Part shown: positions 6,919-13,648 of the stretch, one piece after another
Numbering within the stretch: the first letter of the stretch is position 1
Layout: each line of letters starts with the position of its first letter
IMG/VR virus record: IMGVR_UViG_3300031660_000001
Direction: 5' to 3' (one strand)
Origin: an uncultured virus (IMG/VR IMGVR_UViG_3300031660_000001)
Taxonomy: Duplodnaviria; Heunggongvirae; Uroviricota; Caudoviricetes; Crassvirales
DNA length: 20,000 nt
Position numbers and translations under genes: made by a program
Notes under the pieces: model-generated
The model's database searches: none
Told to the model about the DNA's origin: nothing
What the model saw: the letters and a program-made list of their open reading frames with translations, nothing else

Positions 6919-7158
6919 ATGCCAGATAAAAAAAGAACTAAAACGCAAAAAAAAGCTGATAGACAAAAAACAGTTACTTACATTAAGACCTCTAAGTATG
7001 GGCCAAATAAAGTAAGAAAAATTTCTAAAAATGCTGCTCGTAGAAAAGTAAATAGAAAAATGAGTCAAGATATTAGTCCGGTAGATAAGCCTTTGACTAT
7101 TTTAATTAAAGATAATGCTAAGAACAAGCGTCCTCCTAGTATTAAATCAATGTTATAA
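6919..7158 (+). CDS. basic hypothetical protein (79 aa; start MPDKKRTK)
   Basis: ORF track 6838..7158 trimmed to ATG 6919, 1 nt after the previous stop. Confidence 0.65.
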   Translation: MPDKKRTKTQKKADRQKTVTYIKTSKYGPNKVRKISKNAARRKVNRKMSQDISPVDKPLTILIKDNAKNKRPPSIKSML

Positions 7159-7191
7159 TTGATGGCAAAGTAAAAAAAGCTAAAAAATAAA

Positions 7192-7443
7192 ATGCCACCT
7201 AGAAAAGGAAAAGCTAAAGTTAAAGTCACCTCTTCAGGCAAGCGTGTAAGCTACGGTCAAGCTGGCAGTGCAAAAGGAGGAGGCCCAAGAGTAAGACCTG
7301 GTACTTCTAAAGGTGATAGCTACTGCGCTAGAAGCCTGGGAATAAAAAGAAGACTATCCAAGAAAAAACAAAACGATCCTAACACCCCAAACAATCTATC
7401 TCGTAAGCGTTGGAAATGTGTTGGAGCTAAGTCTAAAAGATAA
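7192..7443 (+). CDS. conserved basic phage protein (GDSYCARS...NDPNTPNNLSRKRWKC)
   Basis: ORF track; SYCARS/RWKC motif recalled from aquatic phage small proteins. Confidence 0.8.
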   Translation: MPPRKGKAKVKVTSSGKRVSYGQAGSAKGGGPRVRPGTSKGDSYCARSLGIKRRLSKKKQNDPNTPNNLSRKRWKCVGAKSKR

Positions 7444-7457
7444 TAATAAATAATTCT

Positions 7458-7465
7458 TATATTTG
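7458..7465 (+). promoter_or_regulatory. Bacteroidota-type -7 promoter element (TATATTTG)
   Basis: TAnnTTTG ending 20 nt before ATG 7486. Confidence 0.6.
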
Positions 7466-7485
7466 TAATATATAAAACTATTATT

Positions 7486-7683
7486 ATGCACAAACAAGGA
7501 TATAATTCAAGACTAGACGAATCATTAGGAGCTAGAAACGGAAAGAAAAAACAATCTATGAAATCTCGTAGAGATGAATCAAAAGGAATGTCCAAAAAAA
7601 TGTACGGTCACGCTTATGGCGCTGACAAGTCTATGTCATACAGACACACTGCTAAAGTAGTTAAGCACGATCATTTAAGTTAA
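7486..7683 (+). CDS. small basic phage protein (QGYNSRLDESLG motif)
   Basis: ORF track; K/R/S-rich; internal RLDES/RRDES repeat. Confidence 0.75.
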   Translation: MHKQGYNSRLDESLGARNGKKKQSMKSRRDESKGMSKKMYGHAYGADKSMSYRHTAKVVKHDHLS

Positions 7684-7686
7684 ATT

Positions 7687-7842
7687 ATGGCTAAAGATTT
7701 TATACAGAACGTATTTCAAGGAGCTAAAAAAAGAGGAACTTTAGGGGATTGCACTGGTGATAAATTTGGAAGTCAAAGTTGTCCTAAGGGCAGTAAGAAA
7801 TATAATTTTGCCAAAACAATGCGCAAAATAAATAAAAAGTAA
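7687..7842 (+). CDS. 51-aa basic protein with two Cys, not in ORF track
   Basis: Hand translation MAKDFIQNVFQGAKKRGTLGDCTGDKFGSQSCPKGSKKYNFAKTMRKINKK; fills the gap. Confidence 0.75.
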   Translation: MAKDFIQNVFQGAKKRGTLGDCTGDKFGSQSCPKGSKKYNFAKTMRKINKK

Positions 7843-7852
7843 ATAAAATCAA

Positions 7853-8053
7853 ATGGCAAAGAGTAAAAAATTTATTGGATTAGATAAAGAACAAGATAAT
7901 TCTTTAGAAGTCTATAAAAAAAACATGGCTCTTAGGGCTATAGAATTAAAGCAAAGAATAGTAAATGTTGCAGAGCTTAATAAAATGTTAGAAGAGAAAG
8001 CTGATAAAGACGCAAAACTTAAAAAGAAAAATGGCAAAGCAAAAAAAAAGTAA
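7853..8053 (+). CDS. small basic coiled-coil protein (66 aa)
   Basis: ORF track. Confidence 0.65.
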   Translation: MAKSKKFIGLDKEQDNSLEVYKKNMALRAIELKQRIVNVAELNKMLEEKADKDAKLKKKNGKAKKK

Positions 8054-8279
8054 AGACACTTTAAGTGCAAAAAAAATTAGCGAAAGTAAACTTGCGAGTG
8101 GCTTAGTGAACTTAAAGAAAAAGATGGATAGTATTGCTAGGGGGAAATCAACGAATAATATTAATTTTAGCACAAAAGATATAAATGCTATAGTTAATAA
8201 TAGATATAATTCTTCTATGGCTAAATCTTTTAAAAAACAAAAAAGAAAATTAGATTCAATGGCTAAATTGAAAAAATAA
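8031..8279 (+). CDS. small basic protein (82 aa) with repeated DS(I/M)A motif
   Basis: ORF track; KMDSIAR, NSSMAK, KLDSMAK. Confidence 0.65.
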   Translation: MAKQKKSKDTLSAKKISESKLASGLVNLKKKMDSIARGKSTNNINFSTKDINAIVNNRYNSSMAKSFKKQKRKLDSMAKLKK

Positions 8280-8281
8280 TT

Positions 8282-8506
8282 ATGGGGAAAACTTGTAGAA
8301 TATCTGTTTTAGGAAAAAGTTTTAAAGGTAAGGTTTCTAAAGAACAAAGAAAACAAATTAATAACTGTAAGTTGGAAAAATTTAAAAACAAAGGTAAAAG
8401 TCTTTTAAATAAAACTAGAGATTTTGTAAAAAAACCAGTGATTACAACTAAAAGTGGAGACACTATAAGTCTTAGAAATCCAATAATTAGAAAACAAAAT
8501 AAATAA
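8282..8506 (+). CDS. small basic protein (74 aa)
   Basis: ORF track; starts 2 nt after the previous stop. Confidence 0.65.
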   Translation: MGKTCRISVLGKSFKGKVSKEQRKQINNCKLEKFKNKGKSLLNKTRDFVKKPVITTKSGDTISLRNPIIRKQNK

Positions 8507-8514
8507 AAAGATAA

Positions 8515-8598
8515 GTGAATAAAATTAAACCATGTCAGTGCGGAACAACTCAAGATCCAAATGGAAATTGTGACGGCTCACATCTATTAAATATATGA
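8515..8598 (+). CDS. 27-aa CDGSH-type iron-sulfur-binding mini-protein, not in ORF track
   Basis: GTG start; MNKIKPCQCGTTQDPNGNCDGSHLLNI contains CxC...CDGSH; its TGA overlaps the next ATG (ATGA). Confidence 0.7.
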   Translation: MNKIKPCQCGTTQDPNGNCDGSHLLNI

Positions 8599-8741
8599 AA
8601 TCAAAAGGACTCGGGGATAGTATTGAAAAATTTACTACAGCAACAGGAATAAAAAAAGTAGTTGACACTGTGACTCAAGGTGGGTGTGGGTGCAACGATC
8701 GTAAGGATAGTTTAAACAGAATGTTTCCTTACAAAAAATAA
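8595..8741 (+). CDS. 48-aa conserved phage protein (GLGDxIEKxTxATGIKKVV...CGCxxR), not in ORF track
   Basis: Hand translation MKSKGLGDSIEKFTTATGIKKVVDTVTQGGCGCNDRKDSLNRMFPYKK. Confidence 0.8.
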   Translation: MKSKGLGDSIEKFTTATGIKKVVDTVTQGGCGCNDRKDSLNRMFPYKK

Positions 8742-8770
8742 GAGAATTTTTAACCCTCTAAAACAAAAAA

Positions 8771-9538
8771 ATGGCATATCCAAAAATTACAGTTAACACA
8801 GCTTTAGCTTTAGAAATATTAGCTAGTGATACATTAACAATACCAGCACCAGACTTACCTGTATTGTCAGGTACTTCCACAGGAATTACAAGCGGAACAG
8901 CAAACGCTAATGTTGTTAGTGAATTAGTAGATACTACAACAGACTTTTTAGCCGCAACACCTCCACTACCAGTTGTAGTAGGAGATACAGTTATTTCAAT
9001 AGTGTCTGGAGCAGCAACTGCTGCAATAGCACCTATTACAGCAACAGGAATAGCTTTAGGAGCAGATATATTTCCTGAGGGAAATGAAACTTATGCTATT
9101 GTTAAAGCAAGTCATTTAATTGTATCTGGAGAAACATTTGTAACCAAAGGTGTAAGTATTGGAGATATAGTGTATAACACAACTGCTAACACTAGTAGTT
9201 CTGTGGTATCAGTAAATAATAATACTGATATAACATTAGCAGATGACTTATTTGGTGGAAGTGCAACTTTTAATGACAACTACGAAATATATTTAGGAGG
9301 CCCTAATGGATCTTCCAGGATAAATTCTGCTGAAGGATGTTTACTTTATGTAGGAAGCTCTTTAAGTCCAATGACATTGGCTGGTAGTTATACAACGGTA
9401 AAAGTAAAAACAGTTGCGGGAAATGATGTAACTTTTAATAATTTTCCAGTAGGAAATTATTTACCTATACAAATTCTTCAATTATTTTCAACAGGGACTG
9501 ACGCTGTGTCAAGAAATAATTGTGTAGCAATATGGTAG
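8771..9538 (+). CDS. putative virion structural protein (beta-rich, T/A/G/V-rich)
   Basis: ORF track; composition typical of decoration or tail proteins; internal repeat VVVGDTVISIV / VSIGDIVYNTT. Confidence 0.65.
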   Translation: MAYPKITVNTALALEILASDTLTIPAPDLPVLSGTSTGITSGTANANVVSELVDTTTDFLAATPPLPVVVGDTVISIVSGAATAAIAPITATGIALGADIFPEGNETYAIVKASHLIVSGETFVTKGVSIGDIVYNTTANTSSSVVSVNNNTDITLADDLFGGSATFNDNYEIYLGGPNGSSRINSAEGCLLYVGSSLSPMTLAGSYTTVKVKTVAGNDVTFNNFPVGNYLPIQILQLFSTGTDAVSRNNCVAIW

Positions 9539-9583
9539 ATTACATACAAACAAACTCGGCCTTTTTAGAAATAAAAATAACAT

Positions 9584-9748
9584 ATGAAATTGTTAATAAT
9601 GACAGACTGGAAACTATACGCTCTTAATAGCGCTGCACTTGGACTATCTTTAACGGAAATAGAAACGAGTCTAAAGATAATATTACTTCTTTTGACAATA
9701 GGTTATACTGTTCACAAATGGTTAAAGATAAAAAAAAATGATAAGTGA
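9584..9748 (+). CDS. small membrane protein, holin candidate (54 aa), not in ORF track
   Basis: Hand translation MKLLIMTDWKLYALNSAALGLSLTEIETSLKIILLLLTIGYTVHKWLKIKKNDK; hydrophobic segments, basic C tail, overlaps the endolysin start. Confidence 0.65.
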   Translation: MKLLIMTDWKLYALNSAALGLSLTEIETSLKIILLLLTIGYTVHKWLKIKKNDK

Positions 9749-10202
9749 ACATATTTCAGAAAAAGAGGCTACTAAGTCAATAACAGCTATGAGATTAAGT
9801 CTTGACAATACTCCAGACGGAGTTGTGTTAAGTAACATGAAAACTATAGCTGAAAAAGTATTCGAACCATTACGCAAATGGACAAAAGGCCCAATAAGAA
9901 TAAATAGCTTTTATAGATCAGAAGCTCTCAATAAAGCTATTGGGGGGAGCTCTACCAGCCAGCATTGCGAAGGAAAAGCTTTAGATTTAGACGATATTTA
10001 TGGTCATAAAACTAACGCAGAAATGTTTAACTTTATAAAAGAAAAATTATCGTTTGATCAAATGATTTGGGAGTTTGGAACTTCAGAGAATCCTGATTGG
10101 GTTCATGTAAGTTATATTGATGAAGATGAAAACAGAAATAGGATTTTAAAGGCGGTAAGAGATAAAGGAAAAACAAAATATATAGATATAACAAATGGCT
10201 AA
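9738..10202 (+). CDS. peptidase M15 family (Zn D-Ala-D-Ala peptidase fold) endolysin
   Basis: SFYRS..LN..IGG, SQH-x6-D (SQHCEGKALD) and WVHVS zinc-ligand motifs. Confidence 0.9.
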   Translation: MISEHISEKEATKSITAMRLSLDNTPDGVVLSNMKTIAEKVFEPLRKWTKGPIRINSFYRSEALNKAIGGSSTSQHCEGKALDLDDIYGHKTNAEMFNFIKEKLSFDQMIWEFGTSENPDWVHVSYIDEDENRNRILKAVRDKGKTKYIDITNG

Positions 10203-10500
10203 TAGGAAGATAGAAGACAAGTCTGTGGGAATTGATTTAGATGGTGATGGAGTTAAAGACTTTACGCTCGATTTTAAAACAATTATTGTTTGTTTAGGTG
10301 GATTAATTTCTTTGGTTTTAACTTATTCAAAACTAACAGAACAAATAGATCTTAACAAGCAAGAAATCGAAGTGGCTAAAAAATTACCACCAACACAATC
10401 ACATGATCTTATGGATCAAAAAATATTATTTTTAGAAGAGCATATAAAAGAACAGAATGTTCGCTTAGATAAAATAGAAGATAAAATTTATAGAAGATGA
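10195..10500 (+). CDS. single-TM protein with C-terminal coiled coil
   Basis: TM IIVCLGGLISLVLTY, heptad-rich C half, N-terminal DLDGDG. Confidence 0.7.
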   Translation: MANRKIEDKSVGIDLDGDGVKDFTLDFKTIIVCLGGLISLVLTYSKLTEQIDLNKQEIEVAKKLPPTQSHDLMDQKILFLEEHIKEQNVRLDKIEDKIYRR

Positions 10501-10880
10501 AAAAACTAATATCCCCTTTTTTATTATTAATAGTAATATTACTATTTGCATTAAGCTGCGGTACTTATACTCCAGCTAAAGTTGCATCACATATAGTTGC
10601 TGTTACTTTACAGGGAGATACTATATTAGTTCCTATAGATAGAATAAGACCTAACATGTATCATAGTTATTATCCGGTTTATAGTAGTTATAATTACTAC
10701 AGGCCATATTATGGTCAAAACAACTATCAATTTAGATATTCTGACAACAGAGGCTTTAAATCAAGTGGAGGAGGCAAGAAAAGTAATGGTGAAGTAAAGA
10801 TAAATCCTAAACCTATAAACACAACTCCTGATATTGTTGGCAGACCAAGTTCAGCTGTCCTGATGAAACCTAAGAAGTAA
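10497..10880 (+). CDS. lipoprotein in lysis cassette
   Basis: MKK + hydrophobic core + FALS-C lipobox; Tyr-rich then Pro/Lys-rich mature region. Confidence 0.75.
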   Translation: MKKLISPFLLLIVILLFALSCGTYTPAKVASHIVAVTLQGDTILVPIDRIRPNMYHSYYPVYSSYNYYRPYYGQNNYQFRYSDNRGFKSSGGGKKSNGEVKINPKPINTTPDIVGRPSSAVLMKPKK

Positions 10881-11275
10881 TGAAAACAATACTAGCAAAG
10901 TTATTTGGTAAGGCTGGTGGAGGATTAGCTAGTAAACTATCATCTATTGTAGATAAATTTGTACACACCAAAGATGAGCAGGCGGCTTTCAAAAAAGAAA
11001 TGGATGAATTGTGGATAGATGCTGAAGCAGACATGCAAAAGAATATTACTGAAAGATGGCTGTCAGACGGAAAATCAGATTCATGGCTCAGTAAAAATGT
11101 ACGTCCAATGGTTCTTATATTTTTATGTATAAGCACTGTGCTAATGGTGTTTATAGATGCTGGAGCAATTAGCTTTGATTTAAAAGACTCACACACTGAT
11201 TTATTACAAATGATCTTGTTAACTTGTATTGGAGCGTATTTCGGAGGTCGATCATACGAGAAGATTAAAAAATAG
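10880..11275 (+). CDS. holin, GTA-type 3TM-holin-like
   Basis: DKFVHTKDE, ERWxxD..SDSWLSKNVRP, two TMs, AYFGGRSYEK family pattern. Confidence 0.8.
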   Translation: MKTILAKLFGKAGGGLASKLSSIVDKFVHTKDEQAAFKKEMDELWIDAEADMQKNITERWLSDGKSDSWLSKNVRPMVLIFLCISTVLMVFIDAGAISFDLKDSHTDLLQMILLTCIGAYFGGRSYEKIKK

Positions 11276-11290
11276 GTAATTCTTTTTTAT

Positions 11291-11298
11291 TATCTTTG
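11291..11298 (+). promoter_or_regulatory. Bacteroidota-type -7 promoter element (TATCTTTG) for tail genes
   Basis: TAnnTTTG ending 17 nt before ATG 11316. Confidence 0.6.
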
Positions 11299-11315
11299 TT
11301 CTATAAATTTCTACA

Positions 11316-12086
11316 ATGGCAAGAATTAGTACATATCCTTTAGACACTAAACTTATTGGAACGGATTATTGGATTGGCTCAGATGCTAATAGTAATTTTG
11401 CAACTAAAAACTTTTCTATTGATTCGGTAGCTGCTTACATGAATAGAGAGGGCGCAGCACGTCAAGCTATTAATTACGATTATACTGAAACAGTGCCAGT
11501 AGGCGCAGGTTCTATAAGTTTTAGAAATCCTGCAACAGGAGCTTTAGAACCTCAAGGCACTATACCTTTTAATGAAATAGGAAACGGAGTAGCAGGTAAA
11601 CCTGTTAGTATTGCGTTAAGTAAAAATGAATTATCTGAAGCAGGTTTAGATATATCAGGGTTTTATGTAAATCCATTAGGAGGAGCAGATGTTTTAATCA
11701 CTCAAGCTAATGATGTAGCTAATTTTGGAATATTTTTATGGGGCGCTGCAACACAACTGCCAGCTCCACATGGAGACTTTTATAATGTACCTTTAACCTT
11801 TAAATCAGGAAGCGGAAGCTTAACATTAGGAAAGGAATATTTTATATCTTTGCTAACAGCAGCAGGAGGTGGAGGAGATTTGAGTTTTAAAGCAACATTA
11901 ACAGGGGCTTCAACTTATACGGTATCTCATAATTTAAATAAATACCCATCTGTTTCAATTGCTAAAATAGTAACTGGAACAACTAAATATAAAGAAGTGT
12001 ATGCGGACATAACGTATGAAGATGTAAATACTGTAACATTAGATTTTGCAGATACATTTAATGACGGAGAAGCATATTTTAATTAA
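11316..12086 (+). CDS. putative virion tail/structural protein (256 aa)
   Basis: MARISTYP N-terminus; C-terminal HNLNKYPSV...GEAYFN beta module typical of tail proteins. Confidence 0.7.
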   Translation: MARISTYPLDTKLIGTDYWIGSDANSNFATKNFSIDSVAAYMNREGAARQAINYDYTETVPVGAGSISFRNPATGALEPQGTIPFNEIGNGVAGKPVSIALSKNELSEAGLDISGFYVNPLGGADVLITQANDVANFGIFLWGAATQLPAPHGDFYNVPLTFKSGSGSLTLGKEYFISLLTAAGGGGDLSFKATLTGASTYTVSHNLNKYPSVSIAKIVTGTTKYKEVYADITYEDVNTVTLDFADTFNDGEAYFN

Positions 12087-12100
12087 GAAAATAAAAAATT

Positions 12101-13630
12101 ATGGCAATATCGTATTTATCGAATATTAATTTAAACAACAATCAGTTAAAATCTTTTGCTGTTGACAACATTACAGGGGCGGCTGATCCAGGTGCAGGAG
12201 ATTCTGTGCAAGGAAGGCTTATATATAGAACTTCTAGTAATGTTTTAAAATTTTATAACGGAACTACATGGATTGCCTTAGATGGGTCTATATATAATTG
12301 GACTGTTAAAGGTGATACAGGTAGTCAGGTTGTAGCTAGCGGATCAACTGTTGATTTTATAGGTTCTCAAGGAATATCAACAGCTGTAACCTTAGATGGT
12401 GCGATTAGAAAAAACACAATAACTATAGATAACACAGTCGCTGATATGACTGGAACTACTTTTACTAATGCTACAATTACTGTAGATAGACAAGGTAGGC
12501 TTTTAACAGCGGGAATTGGATCTGCTCCAATTACTTCTTTTAATATTGAAGGAAATGGAACGAATGCTCAAGCTATAAGCGAAGGCGTTTCTATTGATTT
12601 TGTTTCTAATACTGGACTTACTATTGTAACTTCTAGTATTAATGCTACTAATAAGGCGGCTACAATTAATTTAGCTTTACCAGATCTTCCAGACATGACT
12701 CAAGTTTGGTTAGGCACCGATGAGTTTATTGTTTTAGATAATACAGGGCATGGAGGAGAAACACAGAAAAGAAAAGCTTCAAACGAAATTCCATTAAACA
12801 TTTTAGGCACTCCTACTGCTAGCTTAGCAATGGGTAGTAATAAAATAACTGGACTTAGTAACGGAACTGCTAATGGAGATGCGGTAAACTTAAGTCAATT
12901 AAATGCTGCTGTTGTTGGTTCATTACAAATAAAAGGAGGATTTAATGCTGCTACCGGAGCAATTGGTGGGGGTGGTAACTTAACTTCAGGCGCAGCAAGA
13001 GTTGCTATAGCTATTGGAGATTTTTATGTTGTTACAACAGATGGTAATTTCTTTGGAAATGCCGCTACACCACTTACAGTAGGAGATCAAGTTATATGTA
13101 ATACGGCTGCTGCTGCTGGAGCGTCTGTAGAAGGCGATTTTGTAATAGTACAATCAGATACGGATATAGCAACTGCAACAACCGTAGGTTTAGCTAGTTT
13201 TCCAACATCAGGAGGTACGGCAATTACAGCTGGAGGTGCAGTATCTTTAGCGGCTCAAACATCAGCAGGAACTTATGGATCAGCATCTAAAACTTTACAG
13301 GCTGTTGTTGATGCAAAAGGAATAGTTACATCAATGTCTGATCCTGATATTTCAATTACCTCTTCTCAGGTAAGTAATTTTTGTGCCGCAGTTACAACGT
13401 GTACTGCTGCTAATAGTTTTACAGCTAACATTGGAGATGGAAGCACCTTATCAATCACTACATTACACAGTTTAGGAACTCAAGATATAATGGTACAGCT
13501 TTACAGTACAGCGTCACCTTTTGACACTGTATATGCTGATGTTACTAGGCCAAATGTAAATAACGTAACTGTTACAACAACAAGTGCAATAGCAACAAAT
13601 GGAGTTAGATTATTGGTGACTAAAGTGTAA
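12101..13630 (+). CDS. tail fibre-like structural protein (509 aa)
   Basis: G/T/A-rich; ITVDRQGR and VVDAKGIV repeats, KITGLSNGTANGDAVNLSQL neck-like motif, C-terminal HSLGTQDIMVQLY module. Confidence 0.75.
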   Translation: MAISYLSNINLNNNQLKSFAVDNITGAADPGAGDSVQGRLIYRTSSNVLKFYNGTTWIALDGSIYNWTVKGDTGSQVVASGSTVDFIGSQGISTAVTLDGAIRKNTITIDNTVADMTGTTFTNATITVDRQGRLLTAGIGSAPITSFNIEGNGTNAQAISEGVSIDFVSNTGLTIVTSSINATNKAATINLALPDLPDMTQVWLGTDEFIVLDNTGHGGETQKRKASNEIPLNILGTPTASLAMGSNKITGLSNGTANGDAVNLSQLNAAVVGSLQIKGGFNAATGAIGGGGNLTSGAARVAIAIGDFYVVTTDGNFFGNAATPLTVGDQVICNTAAAAGASVEGDFVIVQSDTDIATATTVGLASFPTSGGTAITAGGAVSLAAQTSAGTYGSASKTLQAVVDAKGIVTSMSDPDISITSSQVSNFCAAVTTCTAANSFTANIGDGSTLSITTLHSLGTQDIMVQLYSTASPFDTVYADVTRPNVNNVTVTTTSAIATNGVRLLVTKV

Positions 13631-13648
13631 TAAATTTAATTTAATTAC

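Noticed and set aside
9532..9627. 31-aa ORF MVDYIQTNSAFLEIKITYEIVNNDRLETIRS
   Set aside because: Overlaps both neighbours and has no recognisable motif; possible but unsupported.
7320..11196. Minus-strand ORFs 7320..7595, 7988..8173, 8263..8553, 10870..11196
   Set aside because: Shadows of tightly packed plus-strand genes.
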